From: Candidatus Poribacteria bacterium
GTDB lineage: Bacteria > Poribacteria > WGA-4E > WGA-3G
Assembly (NCBI GenBank): GCA_965205015.1
Contig: OZ242029.1
Location: 1,856,001-1,920,000, forward strand
Direction: 5' to 3'
Length of the DNA stretch: 64,000 nt
Position numbers and translations under genes: made by a program. The notes beneath the pieces were generated by a model, which did no database searches, had not been told where the DNA came from, and saw only the letters and a program-made list of their open reading frames with translations. Within the stretch, counting starts at the first letter, position 1; each line of letters starts with the position of its first letter. Below, one piece after another: positions 18,771 through 28,523 of this stretch.

Positions 18771-18934
18771 GACTGTCGGCTATCGGCATATTGGCTGTCG
18801 GCTATCGGCTTTCAGCGAAGAAGGTTTTCGTTTAACGATACCCTCTTAACTGACTGCTGAAAGGGTTTTCGTAGAAAACCCGACCCGACGGCTGATTGCC
18901 AATTGCTGACAGCCATCCTGCTGACTGCTGATGC
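18771..18934. repeat. Heptamer-repeat inverted-repeat element
   Basis: GTCGGCT/ATCGGC repeats facing CTGACTG/CTGACAG repeats; internal GGGTTTTC-GTA-GAAAACCC hairpin. Confidence 0.6.
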
Positions 18935-19123
18935 TCACTCTTCGCCTGATTCTTCGGTGTCGTCGGTGCTTCGTAGTTCTTCCCAGAAATGCGCACAGAA
19001 AATACCAACTATCAGCACAAGAGCTGAGAACATCTGCCATTGCCAACGCCCTTCAAGGGCGAGAACGCTGAACAGCCATAAGAAGGTGCCAATGATAATA
19101 ATAAGACTTGCTACTTTTTCCAT
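18935..19123 (-). CDS. Small two-TM membrane protein with acidic tail
   Basis: 62 aa, two hydrophobic helices, DDTEESGEE end, GGGGA upstream; lies inside the operon. Confidence 0.6.
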   Translation of the reverse strand: MEKVASLIIIIGTFLWLFSVLALEGRWQWQMFSALVLIVGIFCAHFWEELRSTDDTEESGEE

Positions 19124-19245
19124 TATTTTAACTATGATCCCCCAAATAGGGTTCTAAAGTCCGAGTGTAAAGTCTGTAAAGTGTAACGAAAGTGAACTAA
19201 AATTATATTAAACCCAACAACTTTAGTACACTTGTGAACTTTAAT

Positions 19246-22200
19246 TTAATCTGCCGGTGTCGGTACAGGCTCCATCTGTCCTGCTTCTTCTGCCGACGGG
19301 TCCATACCTTCGGTTCTACCGCGTTCATGGAACTCTGCTCGGATATCGACGCTGAATGTCCGCCAAATCAGGAGTTGTTTCCGCAGCAGATTCAGGAAAC
19401 GTCGATTGACCCGCTTCCAAGAGGCGATCTCACCACTCTCACGATGTACATCCAACGTGATTTTGTAGAGATCCTCTTCTTCACCACCGACTGGGGATGT
19501 AACGAACTGAATAGACTGGCTCACACCTAAGTCATAAGGCGCCAACCATACCATCATCCCGATCTGATAGGAGTCTTCGGCTTCTTCTTGGCTGAACGCA
19601 ACCTGGTCCGTATAAAAGTCGCTGGCGGATTCGTCTGCATGTGCCTCAAAATAGTCCCGCATAAAGACGTTCAACCCGAGTGATTCTTCTTCAAGGACGG
19701 TAAAGGGTAAATTAAAGTGCCATACGTCCCCTTCGGGTTCTGGGAGTTTCCATTTACGTTCGATATCAGGGACTGCCATCCGTGAAGCCTTGATTGCCGG
19801 ATACATGGTACTGAGTAAAACGACAAGCATGACAATAATTGTTGCGACGACCGTTGACATTGACGAATAGTTAAGCGTCAATCCAGCGAGCCAACCGAAA
19901 TGCACGAGGGTTGTCGCGATTGCTTGTCCCATGAGATAGCCTAACACCGCACCGACGATGGCGTATACGCATGCCTCCGCAAGGAAGAGGAAGGCGATAT
20001 GCACAGGCGCGAGTCCAACGGAACTGTAGATGCCGATTTCACGGACCCGTTCATAAACGGCGCCAAGCATGGTGTTAAGAACGATAAGCGCGGCGATCAA
20101 GATCGGTACGAATAGGTTACCCATGCCGCTGAAACTCGTCATGCCAATACTACTGTAGAGATATGTGTCTTTATCACGTCCGACAAAGAAGTCAAGAGCG
20201 ATACGGTTCATGAGCGGTGCCATGATAAGGTCTAACTTATCTATTGCGCCTAACAACTGCGGATCATCCTCTCGCGGTTCCATGTTAACAGCAACACTTC
20301 GGAGGGTGCCCCCTTGATTCATAACGACTTGATAAGGGAGAATAGCGACACTGTCTGGCGTGAGATGGAGGTATTTCTGTAATTCGCCTTCAAGCGTCTC
20401 ATCACCAGTGGCACCCCGGCTCCGCTGCTGTTGCATCAGCTGATAATCGACAGGCGTAAGTTCTTCGCCATCGTTATCAGTAAGATCCTTGAAGCCGATA
20501 CCGAGGACACCAACGACAGTAAAATCGGCACCGTAAACAGAGACGGTGGCTTTCCCCATATCGCTTTCGGTGATCTTGAGCAATTCTGCCATTCCTTTGG
20601 GCAGCACAATGGCGTAGGGCCACTCCGTCGGCCATTCATTGGCATCTGCCGGGTCAAACCATTTGCCGTATTGGAGGTATCTATCAATACCGCTAACACC
20701 GGGTTCTGATTCATTCATGCCCACGAGCATGTTTGCCGCGAAGGTCAATGCTTCGCCTGTGAGTGGGTGCGTTGGAGGCGATGTATCTGCTGTGTTTTCC
20801 GTGCGTGTGAGTTGGACAAACGATTGGTCGCCGGTTCCTGAGGATTGATACCATGCGCGCGGTGCGACGACGTTCCGAACGAATAAGACGGATTCTGCGT
20901 CTACCTGTTCAATGAAACCCCCTTCTTTTAAAGTGCTACGCGCTTCCGCAAGGTCAAGCGGTTGTTCGCCTTGCTTGACCAAGAGTTCGTTTTTACGTTC
21001 CAAAAGTCGTTCTAAGGCGGTCAATGTGATTTGCGTCTTTTGCATGTCGTTCAGTACGGAGGTAAGCACCGGTTCCTCAAGTGGACGCCAATACTGGTCA
21101 CGGATGAGGAGACCGGTATAGCGCGGTGTCACTTGTGGAAGGCTCGTTCTGTTCGGGTGCATAAACGTCCGCACAGAGGTAAACGATATAACAGTAAAGG
21201 TAAGGATGACCAACGTACAACACGTCAGGATCGTCCGTCCTTTCCGTTTCCGCATGTTGGAAATACCTAAACTAAATGCAGCAGCACTCGCACTCAACCT
21301 GCCGACATCGGCTTTATAAACTTTACTGCCCTCTTGTCGGATCTTTTCGAGTTGCTCCTCGAATTTCCGGACAATAATACTGATGACGATAACCGTCAAG
21401 GCAAGTACAACAAACGCGATCAGAATAATCACAGGTGTGGTCGTAATCTGGAATGCGGGGTGAACTTGGCTGAGGAAGAAAAATACAAGTAAAAAGATGC
21501 CGAATGAACCCAAAATCTGTTTGTGGATGTTCGGGAAGCCGAAAATGAGCCGTTCCATAAAGTAGGCGAACGGCATCAGTAAGGCGAGGTAGAACATCAC
21601 ACCGTTGACGACATCGTTACCGGTCTGTTTGACGTCTGGGTATGCGCGTGATTCATAACCCCACGCGGCGCGGGCGAGTTTGAGTGCCTGTTGATAGTCG
21701 CTTTGGAGTAATTCGGTCTCCGCACGTGCAAGGTAATCGTTCGCAAATTGGTGGAGTTTGTCAAGCCGGTCACTGGAGATACCAAACCGTTTGTAAAGTC
21801 GTGAGCGGTTCTCATCGAGCCACCACATATCTCGGACAACGACGTACGGCGTGAGACGAATTTGTCCGTTTTCGCGGACGACGAAACCCTCACCGGTATA
21901 AAGCGTCGGGTTCTTCATACCGCTTTTCGTTGCTTTGATGAGAAGGAGACGTTTACCAATCTGTCCGTATGCCATTCCAACTTTGATGCGCGTGTTGGGT
22001 TCGCTATACACGAGTGCAATAGGTTCGGCTGCGGACACACCTTCCTGCTGCCACGGTTTGGACATCCCGAACTTCTCCGGCGCACTATCCGTGAGCGCAT
22101 CATAAACTTCGAGTTCCCGCAAGGTTCGCAGGTACCGTTGATCCACTAAGTCGTAGATCGTTGTAGATACACACGGAAATGTAACAACACGGCAACCGCG

Positions 22201-25200
22201 CCTACGGGTGTTGATCGGAATTTTGTTCGGAAGTAGTTTCGCACCGTAATTCCCGAGATCAGGGGCATAGACGATGTCGCCTGAATCCTTGTCAAGAATG
22301 TATGCTTCAACCTCTTGTGCACCACCGAGACGCCGTGTAGCTCTACCTTCCATTGCTAATCCGGCGACCTCAAAGTTACCCTTGTTATCGCCCATCACAA
22401 ACAGGTCTCCACGGACCCCCATCATGGTTTTGTGTTTCCTGCGGAGCGTCAAAATCGGGTAAGGCACCGGTTTATTCGGTAGTGCGGATTCACGTGCGTC
22501 AAATTCAACAACATCACCGAAGAGGTTGCAGTAGAAATTCCCGACACGTGCCGCGGTGGGCATCTCTTCATCTCGAAGGGCTTGGATGAGTAACGATGCC
22601 AATGTCTGTGCTTGCTGATGGAGGTTACCACCTTCGCGCAAATCAACGCGTTCAATCGTATCGAGGGGGGTGTCCGTTAAGACGCGGGCATCTTCAATGG
22701 TTGCAAAAGCGATGCCAGTCTTTCCGACAAGCGTGGCGACCTCGCTATCAAAAGCAATTTTACCTGGGATATAAGTCTTCCACGTCTTTCCACCGCTTGC
22801 GGAGATGGCGTTAACGAAATTTGACTCACCGCCGAGACCCGCAATCGAAATGAGAGTTTTAATATCCTCAATTTCTTCATCGGAGAAGGTGTCCGGATCT
22901 TCATGACGAAGTCGGAGCATGGCGTCCAACTGTTCACGTGTACGGATGTTATTCTTTCGATTCTTCTTTGCAGTGCGGACATCATTTCGGATGAAACGCT
23001 CGACCTCTTTACGGATGTAATCCATATCTTTGAGCATATCCTCAGAGGGTTCACCTTGATTGCGCCACTGTTCAAACTGCATCTTCATCAGTCGGCTCAC
23101 TCCGCTGAGGCCGGTGAGTTTATTGAAGTGCGAACTCAATAGCGTTTCAAGCGTCTTTCCTTCGAGTGCCGCTTTATCAGATATCCCGTTTGCAACCGTC
23201 CATTGACGTGCCATAACGGCTTGGCGAATTTGATCGTCTGTCCACTGCCAAAGTTTCCTGACACGGACACCAAAATCGGCATCTTCAGCGTAAGAGGCAA
23301 GTTTATTGCCGATGCTCGCAAACTCGCGACGTAATACAAATTCGGGTTGCTGATCGTAGAACCATCCCTTGTTGAACACCCCGAACTGATTCGACTGTGA
23401 GGAGAGGTCAATGCTAATATAGAGAGAGGTATAATACCGGTTGAATAGGTCTTGTAGGGCGATTGCCGCCTCGATCTGTCCGAGTTTTCGGTTGTATTCA
23501 TCGGTATCAATACGCAACATCTTTTCAATACGACTCTGGATGTTACGGAAACGTGCGTTGCGAAGCGTTAACATGTTATCGCGTAGAAGCACTTTGGTCT
23601 CTGCATCCAAATCGGTGTCTAATGTGGGTAACCGTTCAATGAGGTTTTCGAGTGCTACGATATCCGTATCGGCGCGATTTTTAACGATCGTTAACAATTC
23701 TTTTTCGCTAATCTGTGATGCGATGCGTAAGCGCAACGAAAGTGCTTGTTCAACTTCATCATCCGATAGGTAGTTTTCCAAAATGAGACGTTCTTCATCC
23801 AAGTATTCCCGACCTAACGTCCCCGATGTTGCGATCAAAGTCTGAATACGCGTGCGTTCCAATCGGGCATTCCGGAGTGCAATTTCAAAGATACCTTGTT
23901 TATCTTTAAGAAGATCTGCTATCAATACGGCAACATCAGTTGTATCTCCAGATTCGGCTAATCTCTGTCGCAGCTGGGTATCGATCGTGTTGAGACGTTC
24001 TATCCCGGCTTTCGACAAAAATTGACCGCCATAAATCAAAGAATCACCGCCCGATTTTCCCATCGGCGTTTCCTTGAGTCGGCGAATGCTCGCTTTAACC
24101 TCATTTTCAACGGGTTGGCTATCAGGTATTTGTGCCAGAACCTTTTCAAGGAGCTGAACCTCTCGCTGAATCGCTGCTGCTTGGGTGTCGTTGGCATCGC
24201 GTAAAACACTGCGTGCCTCTTTCGCTGTATTGAGTGAGTGTAGGTCGAGATGCCGGTCAAGTATCTTCTCAGGTGTCCACATCAGTGCAAATTTGCGTTT
24301 GTCGCTCATCTCCCAGTTTGCGAGGGTTTTGTTAAGCATCTCGATATCAGCGATGAGTTCTTGCGGAAGATCATTCGGTATTGGGATGTGCCAGTCTGAG
24401 CCCTGTTGCACCGGAATAAGATAGGCGTCATTCGGGTGCGTATTGTATTCGTCGGTACTGCCGGTCTCCACCGCGTGAATGAGTTTCTCAACCGCCCATA
24501 TATCAAGACGCGCAATCGGCAGTCCAAGCGTTTCAATCAATTCGCGCTGTGCGGATCGGCTCGTATTGAGGGCAACACCACGAACCTCAGCTAACCTACC
24601 GACAATATCTCGGAGGAAATGTGTCGTTTGCAAAGCTTCTTTCTTCGAGCGGGCAAGATTTGCTAATAAACGGCTCTTCTCTTCACCTGTGAAGCCTTGC
24701 TTTTCGCGTTTTCGATTCCTGTCTGCCTGCTTCTTCTGGCGTTCTGAAAAGTCACGCTGTTGCTCCGTAAGAGATTCAATCTCAGATCGTGTTTTTGACA
24801 AGCCGTCCAGTGTAGTTGCGAGAGAGTCTAAGTCAGACTTTACGTTGTGTATACCGTGGAAAAAGTCAGCCGGGAGATCGACAAGAACGCTCCGGTCAAT
24901 GGAGAGCAAAAGCCTTCTGCCCAACTCTTCAAATTCAAGGACATCTGTAGAAAGACCACGGCGAAGTCCGTGCATTGTGGGGGTGCCGGGTGAATCGGTG
25001 TCGGAACCGACGATATCTTGTCCAATACCTTCCATAAAGGCACGCATGCCGGCAAGCCCTTGGAAGTGTCCATCGACTGCAACAAAGAGGACAGAATAGC
25101 CGGGCCGATATTGGGGCTGACTAAAAAGACGCGCGAGTTCCATGAGGGTCGCGATACCACACGTTGGATCAGCACCGGGTGCCATGGCGGGAACGACCGA

Positions 25201-26574
25201 CATTGAGTCGTAATAAGCTGTGAGAACAATCAGTTCATCGCGTAAAGTTGGGTCTCCGCCTTCCAAAAATCCGCGTATATTTTGCCCGACACGGCGCTCC
25301 CACGTCATCTTCCCTCTTATACGAACATTAACTTGACTCCCTTCCGCCTGTTGTGCCGTCATCAAATTGGTGAGGACAGCAGCATCTTCTTTAGAAATCC
25401 AAAATCGCGGTATATTAGCGGGGACGGTACCGAACTTATTTTCTGCTTCTCCTCGAATGGTTGTGTCGGGTTCGATAAAGATGACAGCAGTGCCACCGAG
25501 CATTGCCGCATTGATATAACGAGTGCTGGAGTTAAAATCAAGAAGAACGATTGCCCCTTTCGGGATAAATATGTGTGATTCACTCGCAGCAACAAACTCG
25601 CCGGACTCATCGACTTGTCCATCGTTGTTGTTATCGATGCCATCAGTGTCATCCCCTGGGATTTCATCTGTCCAGCCATCGGCATCGTTATCAATGCCAT
25701 CTGTTGCCCATCCTAAGATTTCAGAGAGCAGAGGGATTTCACCGTACTCATCAATAGTGCCATCCTCGTCATTGTCGATGCCATCGGATGCTTTTTGTAG
25801 GTGTTCATTAAGTATATCATCGGTGATACTGGCGTCGGTGATACGATAACGTCGGGCGAGTGTTGTGAGTGTGTCCCCATCTTGGAGTTTATGCCAAAAT
25901 CCACCAATATTCGTGCCGTTGAAATCAGCAAGTTCGGCATCATCGCCGTAAAGGAGGGGACCAGATAAACCTCCTGTCGGAATAAACACCGTGCTTCCTT
26001 CGACAACTGGCGTCGCCAGAAATTGGTTCCGCTCGTCTGCAAGGATAGTCGTCTCGTCAATATGGTAACTTTCTGCGATGTCTTTGAGTGTTTCTCCTGC
26101 CAATACAGTGTGTTTAATGCCGTCTGCTAATAGAGAGGTCCGCACAAGGTTGGGCCAGAGGGGAGTGAGTTTAAAGGCGTGTAGCACATTGGCTTCCGGT
26201 GAGAGGACTTCAATGATGCTATCACCGTGGTCGATCGGCACGGTGACGGAAAATTCGCGACTTTCCACGTTCTGCAAACCGGTTTCGACGAAACGATCAA
26301 AAATGTATTTGCTTCCACTCGCAGCTTGAGGATAACCCGTTACACGACTGTCGAGACTTGAGAGGCGTGCAAGGTCCTTTCGAATGTTGCCGATAGAGAG
26401 GTCATCCCGAATCTGGATGGCTGCAGATTGCATGCCGGTACTGGGAATTGCTTGTGCGTATGCAGTATCGGATAGTTGCCCAGCGACGAGCAAAACCGAA
26501 AGAAAAAACATTAATACATTTGTGAACGCACTGAAGAGCCGCTCGCGGCACTCGGGTCTACTATGAATTTTCAT
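19246..26574 (-). CDS. Giant LysM/PA/M28-like domain protein fused to a MacB/FtsX permease
   Basis: Signal-like N-terminus; SRVTGYP; two LysM-like repeats; three DGIDNxxDG repeats; M28-like LTAYYDS...PGAD; TM bundle; FtsX motif ERVREIGIYSSVGLAP...FLAEA. Confidence 0.85.
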   Translation of the reverse strand: MKIHSRPECRERLFSAFTNVLMFFLSVLLVAGQLSDTAYAQAIPSTGMQSAAIQIRDDLSIGNIRKDLARLSSLDSRVTGYPQAASGSKYIFDRFVETGLQNVESREFSVTVPIDHGDSIIEVLSPEANVLHAFKLTPLWPNLVRTSLLADGIKHTVLAGETLKDIAESYHIDETTILADERNQFLATPVVEGSTVFIPTGGLSGPLLYGDDAELADFNGTNIGGFWHKLQDGDTLTTLARRYRITDASITDDILNEHLQKASDGIDNDEDGTIDEYGEIPLLSEILGWATDGIDNDADGWTDEIPGDDTDGIDNNNDGQVDESGEFVAASESHIFIPKGAIVLLDFNSSTRYINAAMLGGTAVIFIEPDTTIRGEAENKFGTVPANIPRFWISKEDAAVLTNLMTAQQAEGSQVNVRIRGKMTWERRVGQNIRGFLEGGDPTLRDELIVLTAYYDSMSVVPAMAPGADPTCGIATLMELARLFSQPQYRPGYSVLFVAVDGHFQGLAGMRAFMEGIGQDIVGSDTDSPGTPTMHGLRRGLSTDVLEFEELGRRLLLSIDRSVLVDLPADFFHGIHNVKSDLDSLATTLDGLSKTRSEIESLTEQQRDFSERQKKQADRNRKREKQGFTGEEKSRLLANLARSKKEALQTTHFLRDIVGRLAEVRGVALNTSRSAQRELIETLGLPIARLDIWAVEKLIHAVETGSTDEYNTHPNDAYLIPVQQGSDWHIPIPNDLPQELIADIEMLNKTLANWEMSDKRKFALMWTPEKILDRHLDLHSLNTAKEARSVLRDANDTQAAAIQREVQLLEKVLAQIPDSQPVENEVKASIRRLKETPMGKSGGDSLIYGGQFLSKAGIERLNTIDTQLRQRLAESGDTTDVAVLIADLLKDKQGIFEIALRNARLERTRIQTLIATSGTLGREYLDEERLILENYLSDDEVEQALSLRLRIASQISEKELLTIVKNRADTDIVALENLIERLPTLDTDLDAETKVLLRDNMLTLRNARFRNIQSRIEKMLRIDTDEYNRKLGQIEAAIALQDLFNRYYTSLYISIDLSSQSNQFGVFNKGWFYDQQPEFVLRREFASIGNKLASYAEDADFGVRVRKLWQWTDDQIRQAVMARQWTVANGISDKAALEGKTLETLLSSHFNKLTGLSGVSRLMKMQFEQWRNQGEPSEDMLKDMDYIRKEVERFIRNDVRTAKKNRKNNIRTREQLDAMLRLRHEDPDTFSDEEIEDIKTLISIAGLGGESNFVNAISASGGKTWKTYIPGKIAFDSEVATLVGKTGIAFATIEDARVLTDTPLDTIERVDLREGGNLHQQAQTLASLLIQALRDEEMPTAARVGNFYCNLFGDVVEFDARESALPNKPVPYPILTLRRKHKTMMGVRGDLFVMGDNKGNFEVAGLAMEGRATRRLGGAQEVEAYILDKDSGDIVYAPDLGNYGAKLLPNKIPINTRRRGCRVVTFPCVSTTIYDLVDQRYLRTLRELEVYDALTDSAPEKFGMSKPWQQEGVSAAEPIALVYSEPNTRIKVGMAYGQIGKRLLLIKATKSGMKNPTLYTGEGFVVRENGQIRLTPYVVVRDMWWLDENRSRLYKRFGISSDRLDKLHQFANDYLARAETELLQSDYQQALKLARAAWGYESRAYPDVKQTGNDVVNGVMFYLALLMPFAYFMERLIFGFPNIHKQILGSFGIFLLVFFFLSQVHPAFQITTTPVIILIAFVVLALTVIVISIIVRKFEEQLEKIRQEGSKVYKADVGRLSASAAAFSLGISNMRKRKGRTILTCCTLVILTFTVISFTSVRTFMHPNRTSLPQVTPRYTGLLIRDQYWRPLEEPVLTSVLNDMQKTQITLTALERLLERKNELLVKQGEQPLDLAEARSTLKEGGFIEQVDAESVLFVRNVVAPRAWYQSSGTGDQSFVQLTRTENTADTSPPTHPLTGEALTFAANMLVGMNESEPGVSGIDRYLQYGKWFDPADANEWPTEWPYAIVLPKGMAELLKITESDMGKATVSVYGADFTVVGVLGIGFKDLTDNDGEELTPVDYQLMQQQRSRGATGDETLEGELQKYLHLTPDSVAILPYQVVMNQGGTLRSVAVNMEPREDDPQLLGAIDKLDLIMAPLMNRIALDFFVGRDKDTYLYSSIGMTSFSGMGNLFVPILIAALIVLNTMLGAVYERVREIGIYSSVGLAPVHIAFLFLAEACVYAIVGAVLGYLMGQAIATTLVHFGWLAGLTLNYSSMSTVVATIIVMLVVLLSTMYPAIKASRMAVPDIERKWKLPEPEGDVWHFNLPFTVLEEESLGLNVFMRDYFEAHADESASDFYTDQVAFSQEEAEDSYQIGMMVWLAPYDLGVSQSIQFVTSPVGGEEEDLYKITLDVHRESGEIASWKRVNRRFLNLLRKQLLIWRTFSVDIRAEFHERGRTEGMDPSAEEAGQMEPVPTPAD

Positions 26575-26678
26575 GTTGTGAAGTCTCCCGCCTTTTTCTG
26601 GTTTTTCAGATTTTCTCCCCGCCGCATAGATTCCTATGTTCGGAGCCTACTGGCGTAGTTTTGGGAGGCAATATTTAT

Positions 26679-26748
26679 ATTGTATACTATTATTGCAATT
26701 TTTGTCAAATTAAAAAAATTTGCATTTAAGGCTTTTTTAGGTTAAAAT
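26679..26748. promoter_or_regulatory. Back-to-back promoters: minus TTGACA-18-TACAAT and plus TTGCAT-17-TAAAAT
   Basis: AT-rich spacer between divergent genes with palindromes ATTGCAAT and CAAATT...AATTTG. Confidence 0.45.
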
Positions 26749-26878
26749 ATATTTCACGCTTTTGCCTCTCATTGAAGCAGAATCCTCTTCAAACTACATT
26801 TCACTGCAATACTAAAAAATTTCAAAAAAAATCAGCAGCAGTCCAACCCTAATCTTGCTGCCTGATAAGGAGCCAAAC

Positions 26879-27238
26879 GTGGGCAAAGAATCAAGAGACT
26901 CAAATACAGACAAAGTCGTCTCACGTATAAAACTACGTCGCCACGAACTGAAGTTGACACAAACAGAACTTGCGAAAGTGGCGAATCTAACACCTGCGGC
27001 GATCTCCCAATTTGAATCAGGAGCCCGGAAACCGTCGTTTAAAACACTTTCAAGTCTTTCCGATGCTCTAAAAGTCACTACCGATTACCTACTTGGAAAA
27101 GCCGACAAAAGTTACGATGATCTTTTAGCCGACCCAAAGATTAGTGCTATGTTCAAGGGGATGATGGAATTTACGGAAAAAGATAAGGAAACGCTCTACG
27201 AGTTCTATGAATTTCTTAAGGTGAAAGCCAACCAGTGA
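26879..27238 (+). CDS. XRE-family HTH transcriptional regulator
   Basis: LTQTELAKVANLTPAAISQFESGARKPS...TTDYLLG; GTG start after AAGGAG. Confidence 0.9.
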   Translation: MGKESRDSNTDKVVSRIKLRRHELKLTQTELAKVANLTPAAISQFESGARKPSFKTLSSLSDALKVTTDYLLGKADKSYDDLLADPKISAMFKGMMEFTEKDKETLYEFYEFLKVKANQ

Positions 27239-27316
27239 TTATTGTGATTTACTATGATGATGCGGCCTCCGAGAATCAAGGTAAATCAGATAATCCGTTA
27301 AATCATAGTTCAGACT

Positions 27317-28378
27317 TTAATCGTCAGTTATTCTTGGACAGAGGCAGATTTTTCCGAAATTTTGGCGGTTCTCTAATAGCAGGTGTGCCTCACCCGCACG
27401 ATGGAGCGGTAAAACTCTGTCAATAATAGGTTCCAATTTTCCCTGTCCAGCGAGATAGACAAGCGTTCGGAGTTCAGCGACTGTCCCGAGGGCAGAGCCC
27501 ATCAGTGTTAACTGCTTTTGATACATCTTTCGGATGTTAATTGTGCCAATGTTGCCTGTTGTCACACCACACGAAACAAGTCTCCCATTTTTAGCAAGAC
27601 TCGCAATGCTCTGATCCCATGTTGCAGCCCCGACATGCTCAAGGACAACATCCACACCGCGTCCGTTGGTTATATTAAGCACGATCTCCGAAAAATCTCT
27701 GTCTTTATAGTTAATTGTAACATCTGCACCCATCTGCCGGGCACGTTCAAGTTTCTCATCACTGCTCGCTGTCGCAAAAACTCTGGCACCCGTTAATTTT
27801 GCGATTTGTAGTCCTGCACTTCCGACACCGCCCCCTACACCGAGAATTAAAACATCGTCCTCTGGACGAAGTTGTGCACGCGTCATGAGCATATGCCATG
27901 CGGTGAGATACGCTATCGGTATCGCAGCGGCGTTAACGAATGACAGGGTTTCTGATGGGAGCTGAATAGCGTTTTGGGCAGGGGCTTTTACGTATTCTGC
28001 GTATCCGCCATTTGTTTGGAAACCGATGAGTTCTTGCGTGTCACACAAGTTTTCGGCACCGCGATAACAGTCGCTACAGATGCCACACGGGATGCAGGGT
28101 GCGAGAACGACTCGATCCCCGACCGCAACACCGCGGACTGCAGCCCCAATTTCGGCGATTGTTCCAGCGATGTCGGAACCGAGTATATGGGGCGTATCCC
28201 CTCGACGGAGTTTTGCTTCTATCTCAGGCCGGTTCCGCCGGGCATGGATGTCCAGATAGTTCACCGCACAGGCTTCGACTTTAACCAGCACCTCATCGGT
28301 ATCAAGCGTTGGTTTAGGGACATCCGTGTACTGAAGAACCTCCGCACTGCCTTGTTCTGAGAAAACGATTGCTTGCAT
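27317..28378 (-). CDS. Zinc-binding MDR-family dehydrogenase / quinone oxidoreductase
   Basis: PHILGSDIAG, CGICSDC...C structural Zn site, GVGGGVG, FGKICL. Confidence 0.9.
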   Translation of the reverse strand: MQAIVFSEQGSAEVLQYTDVPKPTLDTDEVLVKVEACAVNYLDIHARRNRPEIEAKLRRGDTPHILGSDIAGTIAEIGAAVRGVAVGDRVVLAPCIPCGICSDCYRGAENLCDTQELIGFQTNGGYAEYVKAPAQNAIQLPSETLSFVNAAAIPIAYLTAWHMLMTRAQLRPEDDVLILGVGGGVGSAGLQIAKLTGARVFATASSDEKLERARQMGADVTINYKDRDFSEIVLNITNGRGVDVVLEHVGAATWDQSIASLAKNGRLVSCGVTTGNIGTINIRKMYQKQLTLMGSALGTVAELRTLVYLAGQGKLEPIIDRVLPLHRAGEAHLLLENRQNFGKICLCPRITDD

Positions 28379-28523
28379 TTTTCTAATGATTAACTCTCGG
28401 CATCGTTGCACGATGATTTCTGGTGAATTCCAACCGGGTTGGGCAGCTTGAGAACTTTTTTCAAGCACACAGGAAAGCGGCAGTAGATAGAGCAACTTCC
28501 TGATTCACGCTATGGTTGGTAGT

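Noticed and set aside
23420-25050. Intein in the giant permease
   Set aside because: No intein splice motifs (C/S start with HN-C/S/T end) or LAGLIDADG blocks recognised; the sequence looks helical or coiled-coil
24479-25099. 206-aa antisense ORF and similar shadow ORFs (for example 56276-56956, 62200-62730)
   Set aside because: They lie opposite well-supported genes and are explained by codon bias
13861-26574. RiPP biosynthetic gene cluster
   Set aside because: PqqD is present but no modifying enzyme or credible precursor; the 62-aa ORF is a two-TM protein
26879-27238. Prophage repressor or toxin-antitoxin antitoxin
   Set aside because: No phage genes, ImmA/IrrE peptidase or toxin adjacent
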